Shown here: in pieces, positions 24,912 through 38,222 of the stretch
How positions within the stretch are numbered: the stretch's first letter is position 1
Layout: each line of letters begins with the position of its first letter
Source of the DNA: Escherichia coli
Lineage (GTDB): Bacteria > Pseudomonadota > Gammaproteobacteria > Enterobacterales > Enterobacteriaceae
NCBI RefSeq assembly: GCF_003334335.1
Contig: NZ_QOWQ01000009.1
Reading direction: 5' to 3' (one strand)
DNA length: 64,000 bases
The notes under the pieces: model-generated
The model's database searches: none
What the model saw: only the letters and a program-made list of their open reading frames with translations
What the model was told of the DNA's origin: nothing
Made by a program: the position numbers and the translations under genes

Positions 24912-25889
24912 ATGAGCGAAACGGCATCCTGGCAGCCGAGCGCATCCATTCCTAACTTATTAAAACGCGCGGCGATTATGGCGGAGATCCGTCGTTTCTT
25001 TGCCGATCGTGGAGTGCTGGAGGTGGAGACGCCTTGTATGAGCCAGGCGACGGTAACCGATATTCATTTGGTCCCGTTTGAGACACGTTTCGTTGGCCCC
25101 GGGCATTCGCAGGGGATGAATCTCTGGTTAATGACCAGCCCGGAATACCATATGAAACGCCTGCTGGTTGCCGGTTGTGGGCCGGTATTCCAGCTGTGCC
25201 GCAGCTTCCGTAATGAAGAGATGGGGCGTTATCACAACCCTGAGTTCACTATGCTGGAGTGGTATCGACCGCACTATGATATGTACCGGTTGATGAACGA
25301 GGTGGACGATCTCTTACAACAGGTGCTGGACTGCCCGGCAGCAGAAAGCCTTTCTTATCAACAAGCTTTCTTGCGTTATCTGGAAATTGACCCGCTCTCT
25401 GCCGACAAAACGCAACTGCGGGAAGTCGCAGCGAAACTGGATTTGAGCAATGTTGCTGATACCGAAGAAGACCGCGACACGCTGCTACAATTGCTGTTTA
25501 CCTTTGGCGTAGAGCCAAATATTGGCAAAGAAAAACCGACCTTTGTGTACCACTTTCCAGCCAGCCAGGCATCACTGGCGCAAATCAGTACCGAAGATCA
25601 TCGGGTCGCTGAACGCTTTGAGGTTTATTATAAAGGTATTGAGCTGGCGAATGGTTTCCATGAATTGACGGATGCCCGTGAGCAGCAACAACGCTTTGAA
25701 CAAGATAACCGTAAGCGCGCGGCGCGCGGTTTGCCGCAGCACCCCATTGACCAGAATCTGATTGAAGCCTTGAAAGTCGGTATGCCTGACTGTTCCGGCG
25801 TGGCATTAGGTGTTGATCGTCTGGTGATGTTGGCGCTGGGCGCGGAGACACTGGCTGAAGTCATCGCCTTTAGCGTTGACCGGGCATAA
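24912..25889 (+). CDS. epmA: EF-P lysine-lysyltransferase EpmA (PoxA/GenX)
   Basis: 325 aa from [30 protein letters not shown]...; class II aaRS-like. Confidence 0.95.
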   Translation: MSETASWQPSASIPNLLKRAAIMAEIRRFFADRGVLEVETPCMSQATVTDIHLVPFETRFVGPGHSQGMNLWLMTSPEYHMKRLLVAGCGPVFQLCRSFRNEEMGRYHNPEFTMLEWYRPHYDMYRLMNEVDDLLQQVLDCPAAESLSYQQAFLRYLEIDPLSADKTQLREVAAKLDLSNVADTEEDRDTLLQLLFTFGVEPNIGKEKPTFVYHFPASQASLAQISTEDHRVAERFEVYYKGIELANGFHELTDAREQQQRFEQDNRKRAARGLPQHPIDQNLIEALKVGMPDCSGVALGVDRLVMLALGAETLAEVIAFSVDRA

Positions 25890-25917
25890 TTCTGAAAAAT
25901 TACTGAATTAACAGCGA

Positions 25918-25945
25918 AGAATGGCGTGATAAGCGCCATTCTGTA
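25918..25945 (+). terminator. Probable epmA terminator hairpin
   Basis: AGAATGGCG-loop-CGCCATTCT stem with a T-rich tract shortly after. Confidence 0.5.
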
Positions 25946-26107
25946 GCATATGTTTTCATTTTTCCGTTAAAGGCCACAATTTAAGACTGGATATTTGATA
26001 TCATCCAGGTATCAATTCTGTATTGGTTTTTACGCTGCCTGCTCAATGTTGCGCAGTGCAGTTCAGTGGGCACGTGTTATACACGCGCTGAAATGAAGGA
26101 TGGTTTC

Positions 26108-27610
26108 ATGCCTCACACGATAAAAAAGATGAGTCTGATAGGACTCATATTGATGATCTTTACTTCCGTATTTGGATTTGCCAATAGCCCATCGGCTTAT
26201 TACTTAATGGGTTATAGTGCGATTCCCTTTTATATATTTTCTGCATTGTTATTCTTTATTCCATTCGCCTTAATGATGGCTGAAATGGGAGCTGCTTATC
26301 GCAAAGAAGAAGGCGGTATCTATTCCTGGATGAATAATAGTGTCGGACCACGTTTTGCCTTCATTGGTACGTTTATGTGGTTTTCCTCTTATATCATCTG
26401 GATGGTGAGTACCTCCGCGAAAGTTTGGGTACCGTTCTCAACATTCCTCTATGGTAGCGACATGACCCAGCACTGGCGTATTGCCGGGCTGGAGCCTACG
26501 CAGGTGGTTGGTCTGCTGGCTGTGGCATGGATGATTCTGGTCACCGTCGTTGCTTCTAAGGGGATTAATAAAATTGCCCGCATTACTGCGGTGGGCGGTA
26601 TTGCAGTAATGTGTCTGAATTTAGTATTGCTGTTAGTAAGCATTACTATTTTGTTATTAAATGGTGGGCATTTCGCGCAGGATATTAATTTCCTTGCATC
26701 ACCGAACCCGGGTTATCAGTCCGGTCTGGCAATGCTATCGTTTGTGGTATTTGCCATTTTTGCCTATGGCGGAATTGAAGCGGTTGGTGGTCTGGTCGAT
26801 AAAACGGAAAATCCAGAAAAGAACTTTGCCAAAGGTATTGTTTTTGCCGCTATTGTTATTTCAATCGGTTATTCGCTGGCAATATTTTTATGGGGCGTCA
26901 GCACAAACTGGCAGCAGGTATTAAGTAATGGTTCCGTTAACCTCGGCAATATTACCTATGTGCTGATGAAGAGCCTTGGGATGACGCTGGGTAATGCACT
27001 GCATTTGTCACCTGAAGCGTCATTGTCGCTGGGCGTATGGTTTGCGCGTATTACTGGACTTTCGATGTTCCTCGCCTATACCGGTGCGTTCTTTACGCTT
27101 TGCTATTCACCGTTGAAAGCCATCATCCAGGGGACGCCGAAAGCATTGTGGCCGGAACCGATGACGCGCCTGAATGCGATGGGGATGCCGTCTATCGCCA
27201 TGTGGATGCAGTGCGGGTTGGTTACTGTCTTCATCCTGCTGGTTTCGTTTGGTGGCGGTACCGCATCGGCGTTCTTTAACAAGCTGACGCTGATGGCGAA
27301 CGTGTCTATGACGCTTCCTTACCTGTTCCTCGCGCTGGCTTTCCCGTTCTTTAAAGCACGTCAGGATCTCGACAGACCGTTTGTGATTTTCAAAACGCAT
27401 TTGTCGGCAATGATTGCGACAGTGGTTGTCGTACTGGTGGTGACATTTGCGAACGTCTTCACCATCATTCAACCTGTGGTTGAAGCCGGAGACTGGGACA
27501 GCACATTGTGGATGATTGGCGGCCCTGTCTTCTTCTCGCTGTTAGCGATGGCGATTTACCAGAACTATTGCAGCAGAGTGGCAAAAAATCCGCAGTGGGC
27601 GGTGGAATAA
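26108..27610 (+). CDS. yjeM: Inner-membrane transporter YjeM (APC family)
   Basis: 500 aa from MPHTIKKMSLIGLILMIFTSVFG... Confidence 0.9.
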   Translation: MPHTIKKMSLIGLILMIFTSVFGFANSPSAYYLMGYSAIPFYIFSALLFFIPFALMMAEMGAAYRKEEGGIYSWMNNSVGPRFAFIGTFMWFSSYIIWMVSTSAKVWVPFSTFLYGSDMTQHWRIAGLEPTQVVGLLAVAWMILVTVVASKGINKIARITAVGGIAVMCLNLVLLLVSITILLLNGGHFAQDINFLASPNPGYQSGLAMLSFVVFAIFAYGGIEAVGGLVDKTENPEKNFAKGIVFAAIVISIGYSLAIFLWGVSTNWQQVLSNGSVNLGNITYVLMKSLGMTLGNALHLSPEASLSLGVWFARITGLSMFLAYTGAFFTLCYSPLKAIIQGTPKALWPEPMTRLNAMGMPSIAMWMQCGLVTVFILLVSFGGGTASAFFNKLTLMANVSMTLPYLFLALAFPFFKARQDLDRPFVIFKTHLSAMIATVVVVLVVTFANVFTIIQPVVEAGDWDSTLWMIGGPVFFSLLAMAIYQNYCSRVAKNPQWAVE

Positions 27611-27661
27611 CCCGATGCCCTATCGTCTACCTGACGATAGGGCGTAAAGACAGGAAATGTT

Positions 27662-27976
27662 ATGGATGACACCAGCCGGGACCCGGCAATAACCGAAGAT
27701 GAAATCAGGGCGCTGCAATTTTCTGCCGGGGATGTAGCGGAAATAGAGCAGACGATTCTCTCTTTTGTCGATGCCTGCCACACCCGTAAAGTGGCGATGG
27801 TGGTGGGTAGCACCATTAACACCCTCAAAGATCGCGATGGTAAACGGTGGGGAAACCTGCCGGATATTTATTGCGCTTATCTTATCCGATGTCTGGTTTT
27901 TCGCGGGGAATTAGTGGGATACGGCGATTTGTTTCGTATGCGCTATAGCGAAATTAAGCGACCGGTTACCTTATGA
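27662..27976 (+). CDS. yjeN: Uncharacterised protein YjeN
   Basis: 104-aa MDDTSRDPAITEDEIRALQF... Confidence 0.8.
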   Translation: MDDTSRDPAITEDEIRALQFSAGDVAEIEQTILSFVDACHTRKVAMVVGSTINTLKDRDGKRWGNLPDIYCAYLIRCLVFRGELVGYGDLFRMRYSEIKRPVTL

Positions 27977-28287
27977 GTGCGCGCATGTTTGTCTTATGCT
28001 GCATCTGGTTTATTGTGGCGTTCCTCTGGATAACCATCACTTCCGCGCTGGACAAAGAGTGGATGATTGATGGACGCGGGATTAACAACGTCTGCGATGT
28101 GTTGATGTATCTCGAAGAAGACGATACCCGTGATGTTGGTGTGATAATGACGTTACCGCTCTTTTTCCCTTTTCTCTGGTTCGCTTTGTGGCGAAAAAAA
28201 CGCGGCTGGTTTATGTACGCCACCGCGCTGGCTATTTTCGGCTACTGGCTGTGGCAGTTTTTTCTGCGCTATCAGTTTTGTTTGTGA
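27973..28287 (+). CDS. yjeO: Inner-membrane protein YjeO
   Basis: 104-aa MSARMFVLCCIWFIVAFLWITI...; 4-nt overlap with yjeN. Confidence 0.8.
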   Translation: MSARMFVLCCIWFIVAFLWITITSALDKEWMIDGRGINNVCDVLMYLEEDDTRDVGVIMTLPLFFPFLWFALWRKKRGWFMYATALAIFGYWLWQFFLRYQFCL

Positions 28288-28313
28288 GCCGGATTGGTTC
28301 ATCCGGCACACAA
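28279..28313. terminator. Bidirectional terminator hairpin between convergent yjeO and mscM
   Basis: About 14-bp stem GTTTGTGAGCCGGAT / ATCCGGCACACAAAC spanning the two stop codons. Confidence 0.55.
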
Positions 28314-28315
28314 AC

Positions 28316-31300
28316 TTACAAACTTCCCGCCTGACGACCTTTGCCCGCAGACGTCAGCGTTCTCCCCGTTTGTTTACCGTTGAGGCTTTCCAGACGCATC
28401 TGGAAGGGCGGGAATGGCATATCGATACCGTGGGCATGGAAGCCAGCCAGAATCAGCTGGTGGATCTCATGGCGTAGCGGCATACGGTGACCCATCTCAG
28501 CGGCGTAAATACGCAGCTCGAAAATCTGAATCCCCTGTTGCAGATCCACCAGGAAGACTTCCGGTGCCGGGTTGTCGATCACCAGCGAGCAGCGACGCGC
28601 TGCGGTGAGCAGGATTTCCGTCACTTCTTCGCTATTGGCATCGGCAGGGGCCGGTATCGTCAACACCACGCGCGTGACCGAGTCAGAGAGCGACCAGTTG
28701 ATAAACTGCTCGGTAATAAACGCCTTGTTCGGCACGATTATCTCTTTACGGTCCCAGTCGCTGATGGTGGTGGCGCGGGTGTTAATTTTCGTCACGCTAC
28801 CGGTGAGATCGCGAATTGTCACCGTATCGCCAATGCGAATCGGTTTTTCGAACAGGATAATCAGACCAGAGATAAAGTTGGCGAAAATTTCCTGCAAACC
28901 AAAACCGAGACCAACACCGAGCGCGGCAACCAGCCACTGCAATTTCGACCACTCAATACCAATCATTGAGAAGCCGACCAGCCCGCCAATCAGCATCAGC
29001 AGATATTTGGTGATGGTGGTGATGGCGTAACCCGTACCCGGCGTTAAATCCAGGTGCTGCAAAATCGCCAGTTCCAGCAGCGCGGGCAAGTTGCGCACCA
29101 GCTGCGTGGTGATGATAAACACCAGAATGGCAATCAGCACCGCACCGAGGGTAATTGGCTCCAGACTTTCTACGCCCTGTACCGTGGAGGTGACATCCCA
29201 CAGCGAAATATTTTCGAGGAAGCCGAAAGCGGAATGGATTTCTGACCACAGCACAATGACAGAAAGCAGGGCGATCAACATCAAAATTGAGCGCACCAGC
29301 CGCAAGGATTGCGCACTGATGGCATCGAGATCGACTTCGCTTTCATCGACTTCAATTGCTCCTTCCGGGCTACTGTGATGATGCGCTTCCTCTTCGCCAC
29401 GCGCACGTTGCGCTAACATCTCTGCCCGGCGATGCTTCGCCCGATCAAACGCCAGCCTGCGGCGCTGGATCAGCATCCAGCGGCGGATAACGTGATAAAC
29501 CACCAGTAGCAGGAACCAGATGGCAACCGAGGTTTCAAGCCTCGCTAACAGCGCCTGTGCCGTTGCCAGATAACCCACCGCCGACGCCAGAATGGCAACC
29601 AACGGCGCGCCAATCATCATGTTCCACAGCATATGGTTGGTAATGTTGTCGCCGCTGCCCTCTTTGTTGAGATACAGCGGAATCCCGGCCTTTTTCAGGC
29701 TGAGGGTGACCACCGCCAGCGCACCGCAAATGAGGATAAAGCAAAGCCGTCCCAGCGAACCGGAGAATTCACGGTCGTCGAGGTTATCGAACATCATCAG
29801 CGCCATAATCAGCGGCACAATAAGCCCGATGCTCATCAGGTAGTAGCGCATCCCACGGGAAACACGTTCGCGCGGCCAGCCAAAATGAGCGATAAACAAG
29901 CCGTTCGGGCGGGCAAAGGTGGCGCAAATCATCACTACCCACAGCAGCGGCACGGTGGCCGTTACACCATCGCCAATCGCGACCGCCAGCGGATAAGGCC
30001 ACGCCTCGCGCAAGCCGTAACCCAGCGTCATCCACAGCACCGGTAACGGTGACGCGACGAGAATCGACCAGAAAAGAGTGCGCAACGTCAGCCAGAAGTG
30101 ATCCTGAGTCACTTTGCCAACTTTCGCCGCCGAACGTTCAAGAAAACGGGTGAAATAGCGGCGCGAGTAAATACTGCAACCGACCAGAATCAACGCGCCA
30201 AACAGCGGCAAAATTGTCTCTTTGCTGGTCAGCATCATCACACTGGCTTTGCCCAACTGACTGAAGGTGTCCAGCGAAATGAGACGACGCAGATCCTGGG
30301 CGATTTCCAGCGGCCAGGCGATGGTCATCGGGCGCACGTCAGAGGTCCAGAACAGATAGCGGTGCGTTGCTTCGTTCACCTCTTTCAGCGCATCCTCCAG
30401 TTGCCCGTTGGAGACTTTCAGCTTGGTCAGTTCCAATAGTAGCGTGTCGCCACCCTGCAACAATGAGTTCAGCAACTCACGCTGAGTGCGCAGTTGTGCT
30501 TCCAGAATACGGTTTTGCTCGGCAGTCAGCGGCTGACCGTCGGCCTGATGAATTTGCCGTAGCAGCGGCTGTTTATTAAGCAGATCCTCATAACGTAACC
30601 GTTGCACACGCAACTGCGCCATTTCGGTATCAAGCTGTTGTGGTTTCGGCATTTCCGGCAGCCGTGCCACCTGCGCCCGCAGCGCTTCGCCGAGCAGATT
30701 GGACGATCCCAGCCATTGCGACTGTTCACGCAGCGTATTCAACGCCTGCCGGACCTGTAACGTCTGGCTGGCAGCCTGACGCTGTTGCGAGGCAACGAGA
30801 TCCATCCGCTGCGCCTGTTGATTCAAAGCCGCCGATAGTTCGCGGTTAATTTTGAATTGCGCGACGATATCTTTCGGCAAATCGGCGCTGTTTTCTGCCA
30901 GCAATTCGGTACTTTCCAGCGCCCGCTCCGCCTCAAGCTGACGTTGGCTGTTTAATTGATTACGCAAGGCCTGCAAATACGCATCCAGTTGCTGGCTCTC
31001 TTTTTCCGCCAGCTCTGAGCGTAAGCGCGCTAATTCCTGGCGGTTATTGGCAGACAGCTGCGCCAGCTCCAGTTCATCAACGAGCGCCTTAAGACGTGCA
31101 GAGTCAGACTGCAACGCGAAATTTTGTGCCTGATTGAGCGGAGTATTGCCGGTAAGCGTTCCCAGGCGGCGCTCGATCTCATTTAACTGACGGCGGGCGT
31201 CGGTTTGCTGTTGCGGCAGTTGATTCAGCGAATCGGCAATCTCGCGGGCGCGCTCCTGCTCTTGCTGGGCCTGACGGCTTTTATCCAGCAACTGGCTGCT

Positions 31301-31639
31301 GACCTGGAGAATTTCCTGATTCAGCGCGTCGGTAGACATTCCCGGCGACACGCTGCGCGGCTCGTCACGCATGTTGTTTAATTGTGCGCGCAGAGTAGCG
31401 GAGAGTTTCGGATAATTATCGATAACTTGCTGATATTGTTTGATGCGCTCAAGGGAACCTTTTCGTTCCTCAAGCGCATTTAAGGCAGACTGGAGCGCCT
31501 CTACGACTTCCGGCTGTGCGGGTTTCGCCGCTTTTGCCTGCTCCAGTTCCTGAGTGATTTGTTTGCTATCGGGGGCCGTCGCGGCGTACGCCCCCCAACT
31601 GAGGCACCAGGCCATCAGAAAAGTGATAATCAGGCGCAC
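28316..31639 (-). CDS. mscM: Miniconductance mechanosensitive channel MscM (YjeP)
   Basis: 1107-aa protein with signal peptide, long coiled-coil periplasmic region and C-terminal MscS-like channel domain. Confidence 0.95.
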   Translation of the reverse strand: MRLIITFLMAWCLSWGAYAATAPDSKQITQELEQAKAAKPAQPEVVEALQSALNALEERKGSLERIKQYQQVIDNYPKLSATLRAQLNNMRDEPRSVSPGMSTDALNQEILQVSSQLLDKSRQAQQEQERAREIADSLNQLPQQQTDARRQLNEIERRLGTLTGNTPLNQAQNFALQSDSARLKALVDELELAQLSANNRQELARLRSELAEKESQQLDAYLQALRNQLNSQRQLEAERALESTELLAENSADLPKDIVAQFKINRELSAALNQQAQRMDLVASQQRQAASQTLQVRQALNTLREQSQWLGSSNLLGEALRAQVARLPEMPKPQQLDTEMAQLRVQRLRYEDLLNKQPLLRQIHQADGQPLTAEQNRILEAQLRTQRELLNSLLQGGDTLLLELTKLKVSNGQLEDALKEVNEATHRYLFWTSDVRPMTIAWPLEIAQDLRRLISLDTFSQLGKASVMMLTSKETILPLFGALILVGCSIYSRRYFTRFLERSAAKVGKVTQDHFWLTLRTLFWSILVASPLPVLWMTLGYGLREAWPYPLAVAIGDGVTATVPLLWVVMICATFARPNGLFIAHFGWPRERVSRGMRYYLMSIGLIVPLIMALMMFDNLDDREFSGSLGRLCFILICGALAVVTLSLKKAGIPLYLNKEGSGDNITNHMLWNMMIGAPLVAILASAVGYLATAQALLARLETSVAIWFLLLVVYHVIRRWMLIQRRRLAFDRAKHRRAEMLAQRARGEEEAHHHSSPEGAIEVDESEVDLDAISAQSLRLVRSILMLIALLSVIVLWSEIHSAFGFLENISLWDVTSTVQGVESLEPITLGAVLIAILVFIITTQLVRNLPALLELAILQHLDLTPGTGYAITTITKYLLMLIGGLVGFSMIGIEWSKLQWLVAALGVGLGFGLQEIFANFISGLIILFEKPIRIGDTVTIRDLTGSVTKINTRATTISDWDRKEIIVPNKAFITEQFINWSLSDSVTRVVLTIPAPADANSEEVTEILLTAARRCSLVIDNPAPEVFLVDLQQGIQIFELRIYAAEMGHRMPLRHEIHQLILAGFHAHGIDMPFPPFQMRLESLNGKQTGRTLTSAGKGRQAGSL

Positions 31640-31660
31640 GTCAGCGTTTCCTTTGATGGA

Positions 31661-32629
31661 TTAGACCTGGTCTTTTTTGTCGTCAACCAATGGGCTGGCG
31701 TCGTGTTCTGCTTCGATCTCTTCAGCAGGAAGCGGGGCAGGTTCAGCGTCTGGCGTAACAAAGGTTTCGGTAGATACTGCCAGCGGCTGGCCAATTTTCG
31801 TGACAGACAGGCTTTCCAGTTGCTCAACCAGATTCACTTTACCCGGTGCAAACAGGTTGATAACGGTGGAACCGAGTTTAAAGCGACCCATTTCCTGGCC
31901 TTTCAGCAGTGCCACAGAACCGTCGTTTTCCCCGGCAGGCCAGGTCCAGCGCTTGATGATACCTTCGCGCGGCGGCGTAATGGTGCCCGCCCAGACCGTC
32001 TCAATGCTGCCAACAATCGTCGCTCCGACCAGAATCTGCGCCATTGGGCCAAATTCGGTATCGAAAAGGCAAATCACGCGTTCGTTACGGGCAAACAGAT
32101 TCGGCACGTTCTGAGCCGTGAGATGGTTAACGGAGAAGAGATCGCCCGGCACGTAGATCATCTCACGCAGAATACCGTTGCACGGCATGTGTACGCGGTG
32201 GTAGTCACGCGGGGAGAGGTAAGTGGTCACAAACGTACCGTTGCGGAACAGGTCCGCCATCAGATAGTTGCCTGCCAGCAGGGCTTCGAGGCTGTAGTTG
32301 TGGCCTTTGGCTTGCAGGATTTTATCTTCTTCGATTTTACCCAACTGGCTGATAACGCCATCGGCAGGCATGACCAGTACATTCGGATCGGTATCGATTG
32401 GGCGTACTTCGTCACGCAGCGGACGGACAAAGAATTCGTTAAAGGTGCGGTAGCTGGCGGTGTCCGGCTTTTGCGCCTCTTTCATGTCGACCTTGTAGTA
32501 TTTAACGAACAGATCGATAACCAGTTTTGTCAGCCATCCTGCCCGCTTGCTTGCGCCCCAACCCGCCAGGCGAGTAAGCCATAGTTTCGGCAGAATGTAC
32601 TGTAGCGAAAGTTTAAATGAATTTAACAA
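31661..32629 (-). CDS. psd: Phosphatidylserine decarboxylase proenzyme
   Basis: 322-aa [24 protein letters not shown]... with the LGST self-cleavage motif (FKLGSTV). Confidence 0.97.
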
Positions 32630-32725
32630 GGTAGCCTCCAGGCCATTGTTTTGTCGTTCCTGATCCGGCCTACATGCCGGATCCTGAAAAAAAGGGGACG
32701 ATTCTAACGACGGTTAGCTTAATTG

Positions 32726-33778
32726 TCAGTCATCCGTATCAGAAAAGTTTTTACGCGTTTTTACCTGCGCCATGCTTTCCAGAATACGGTGATAGTTTTC
32801 GAAACGGGTTTCCGCGATTTTCCCTTCCTCAACCGCTTCCCGGATAGCGCAGCCCGGATCGGTATCGTGTTTGCAATCGCGATATTTACACAGACCTAAA
32901 TAGTCATGGAATTCGACAAAGCCCTGAGTGATTTGTTCCGGCTCCAGGTGCCAGAGGCCGAACTCACGCACTCCTGGGGAGTCAATCACATCACCGCCGT
33001 GCGGGAAGTGATACAGCCGAGCGGCGGTCGTGGTGTGCTGACCGAGCCCCGAGTTGTCAGAGATATCGTTGGTCAGGATCTCTTTTTGCAGCCCCAGCAA
33101 CGCATTCAGCAGGCTGGATTTGCCGACGCCAGACTGCCCGGCAAAAATGCTGATGCGCCCGGTCAACGCCTCTTCCAGCGGTTTTAGCCCATCCTGAGTA
33201 TGGCTGGAAACCATCAATACGCGATAACCGATATTGCGGTAGATATCCATCTGCTCGTTGACGAACGCCATGCCTTCGTCGTCCAGCAGGTCTATCTTGT
33301 TGAGCACAATAATCGGCTCAATCTGCAAGGTTTCGCAGGCCACCAGGTAACGGTCGATAATATTGAGCGACAGCTCCGGCAAAATGGCGGAGACAATGAC
33401 AATCTGGTCGATGTTGGCGGCAATAGGTTTTACGCCGTCGTAGAAATCCGGACGCGTCAACACCGAGGTACGCTCATGCACCGCTTCCACGATCCCTTTG
33501 ACATTTACGCCTTCCGCCGCCGGTTTACCCGGACGCCAGACTACGCGGTCGCCGGTTACCAGCGAACGGATGGTACGGCGAATATTGCAGCGGTGAACGT
33601 CGCCATCGGCGGATTCCACATCAGCGTGCATACCAAAGCGGCTGATGACGATACCTTCATCAGGCTCGCCAAACAGATTGTCGTCGTAGTCGGGCTTCTC
33701 CTTAGACGTTTTAAGACGACGCTGGTGATTGGCGTTCACGCGGCGCTGCTGGCCTTTGGAGAGTTTATTTTTACTCAA
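32726..33778 (-). CDS. rsgA: Ribosome small-subunit biogenesis GTPase RsgA
   Basis: 350 aa from a TTG start ([19 protein letters not shown]...) with a GTPase P-loop (GQSGVGKSS). Confidence 0.95.
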
Positions 33779-33872
33779 TCGTACAGACTCCTGGTCGCCC
33801 CTGATGGGCAAAACATCTATGATACACGCAATTGTGGATCAATATAGTCACTGTGAATGGGTGGAAAATAGC

Positions 33873-34418
33873 ATGAGTGCCAATGAAAACAACCTGATTT
33901 GGATCGATCTTGAGATGACCGGTCTGGATCCCGAGCGCGATCGCATTATTGAGATTGCCACGCTGGTGACCGATGCCAACCTGAATATTCTGGCAGAAGG
34001 GCCGACCATTGCAGTACACCAGTCTGATGAACAGCTGGCGCTGATGGATGACTGGAACGTGCGCACCCATACCGCCAGCGGGCTGGTAGAGCGCGTGAAA
34101 GCGAGCACGATGGGCGATCGGGAAGCTGAACTGGCAACGCTCGAATTTTTAAAACAGTGGGTGCCTGCGGGAAAATCGCCGATTTGCGGTAACAGCATCG
34201 GTCAGGACCGTCGTTTCCTGTTTAAATACATGCCGGAGCTGGAAGCCTACTTCCACTACCGTTATCTCGATGTCAGCACCCTGAAAGAGCTGGCGCGCCG
34301 CTGGAAGCCGGAAATTCTGGATGGTTTTACCAAGCAGGGGACGCATCAGGCGATGGATGATATCCGTGAATCGGTGGCGGAGCTGGCTTACTACCGCGAG
34401 CATTTTATCAAGCTGTAA
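33873..34418 (+). CDS. orn: Oligoribonuclease
   Basis: 181 aa from [23 protein letters not shown]...; start at the internal Met. Confidence 0.95.
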
Positions 34419-34543
34419 AATTTTTCCTGGTCACGTAAGCGCCGGAATCCACTTGCGGCGGCGTGATTTTGACGCTAAATTGAACGTCTTGCTGATAATT
34501 TCAGCACTTGAGATAAAAACGCAAAAAAAACTTTTTTGGGGGG

Positions 34544-34571
34544 TTGCAGAGGGAAAGATTTCTCGTATAAT
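34544..34571 (+). promoter_or_regulatory. Promoter of the tRNA-Gly array
   Basis: TTGCAG, 16-bp spacer, TATAAT, followed by a GC-rich discriminator and preceded by an A/T tract. Confidence 0.65.
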
Positions 34572-34628
34572 GCGCCTCCCGTAACGACGCAGAAATGCGA
34601 AAATTACGAAAGCAAAATTAAGTAGTAC

Positions 34629-34704
<76 letters not shown>

Positions 34705-34740
34705 AAATTTGAAAAGTGCTGCAAAGCACAGACCACCCAA

Positions 34741-34816
<76 letters not shown>

Positions 34817-34829
34817 AATTCTTCTCTCA

Positions 34830-35095
34830 ATAAAATATCCACAGCGACGCGATGCGTTATTGCTGGTTTTTGTTGTCTCTGACAAACTCTTGTAAACAGA
34901 GTTATCCACAGCCTCAGGCTGTAATCTTAATTTCAAAGAAACTTCGCACGGTGAATAGTATTTTTTTAACCTATTGATAGATAAGTTAAAAATTAAGATT
35001 CCGTTTTGTCGAGTCGATCACTTGACGATTTTATTCGTCTTGAATTGCAATGCGTTTTTATTTTTATTCACAAGCTGTGGATGAATCAGGCGTCA
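34830..35095. promoter_or_regulatory. datA: DnaA-box cluster consistent with the datA DnaA-titration locus
   Basis: DnaA-box matches at 34835-34843 (ATATCCACA), 34902-34910 (TTATCCACA, perfect), 35064-35072 (TTATTCACA) and an inverted TCATCCACA at 35076-35084; datA maps next to the gly tRNA genes in K-12. Confidence 0.6.
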
Positions 35096-36223
35096 CGCGG
35101 TAACCCTTTTTCAATCACCCGAACCAGACGCTGTTTTTTCGGCAATTGCACTTCGACTATGCACGCATTTCGTCTCTCTATTTGCTGCGCAATCGCCCAC
35201 GCTATGTGCTCATCGAGAAGTGGGTGCTCACCTTTACGACTTTCCAGCGCTGTCAAAATCGTTTCATCCCAAGGGGCATTGCCTAATGCTACGGCGATAT
35301 TACGCAGCCAACGCAGGTGACCAATACGACGAATCGCCGATCCTTCCGTGACTTTTAAAAACTTCTCTTCGCTCCAGGCGAATAACTCAATGAGTTCCGG
35401 TGCGTGTAGCGGCTTACGCGGGCTGAAATCCTCTTCTGTGGTGAGTTGTGAATAGCGATTCCACGGGCAGATAAGCTGGCAGTCATCGCAACCGTAAATA
35501 CGGTTTCCCATTAACGGTCGCAACTCTTCCGGGATCGCCCCTTCAAGTTCGATGGTGAGATAAGAGATACAGCGGCGAGCATCGACGGTATATGGCTCGA
35601 CGATGGCACCGGTCGGGCAAATCGTCATACAGGCCACGCATTTGCCGCATCCTTCCTCGACTGGTTGATCCACGGGCAGCGGAATATCGACCAGCAATTC
35701 GCCTAAAAAGAAGAACGAACCGGCCTCGCGATTGAGGATAAGTGAGTGCTTACCTGTCCAGCCGAGCCCAGCTTTTTCAGCTAACGGGCGCTCGAGAATA
35801 GGCGCAGAATCGACAAACGGTCTAAAATTCAGCGAAACACAATGTTGCTGAATCATCTCGCCCAGCTTTTTGAGTCGGTTGCGCAGAAGTTTGTGATAGT
35901 CACGGCCCAGCGCATAACGGCTAACATAGCCGAGTTTGGGGTTTTTCAGCGTGCTGGCAAATGCGGCGTTAGCAGGAAGGTAATTCATCCGCACGCTGAT
36001 CACGCGCAGCGTACCGGGCAATAACTCATGAGGGCGAGCGCGCAGCATACCGTGACGTGCCATCCAGTCCATTTCGCCGTGGTATTGTTTGTCCAGCCAT
36101 GCTTGCAGTTTGGGCTCGGACTCGCTGAGATCGGTATCGGTAATACCTACCTGCTGAAAGCCCAGTTCCAGCCCCCACTGTTTAATTTTTTGCGCTAACT
36201 GATTGAGATCGAGGGGCTCTGAC

Positions 36224-36225
<2 letters not shown>
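35086..36225 (-). CDS. queG: Epoxyqueuosine reductase QueG
   Basis: 379 aa from MSEPLDLNQLAQKIKQWGLELGF... with 4Fe-4S Cys motifs; start at the internal Met. Confidence 0.93.
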
Positions 36226-38204
<1,979 letters not shown>

Positions 38205-38222
38205 CCTTTGAAAGGTGGCGGG

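Noticed and set aside
27617-27643. 10-bp hairpin after yjeM considered as an intrinsic terminator
   Set aside because: It lacks a following T-run, so it is more likely an mRNA-stabilising or processing structure; not annotated as a terminator.
31559-32584. 341-aa plus-strand ORF antisense to psd
   Set aside because: Shadow ORF opposite psd; no start context and no recognisable domain.
32662-32683. GATCCGGC-CTACAT-GCCGGATC hairpin between rsgA and psd
   Set aside because: It looks like a degenerate REP fragment or simple stem-loop in an operon-internal spacer; there is no evidence for a distinct element.
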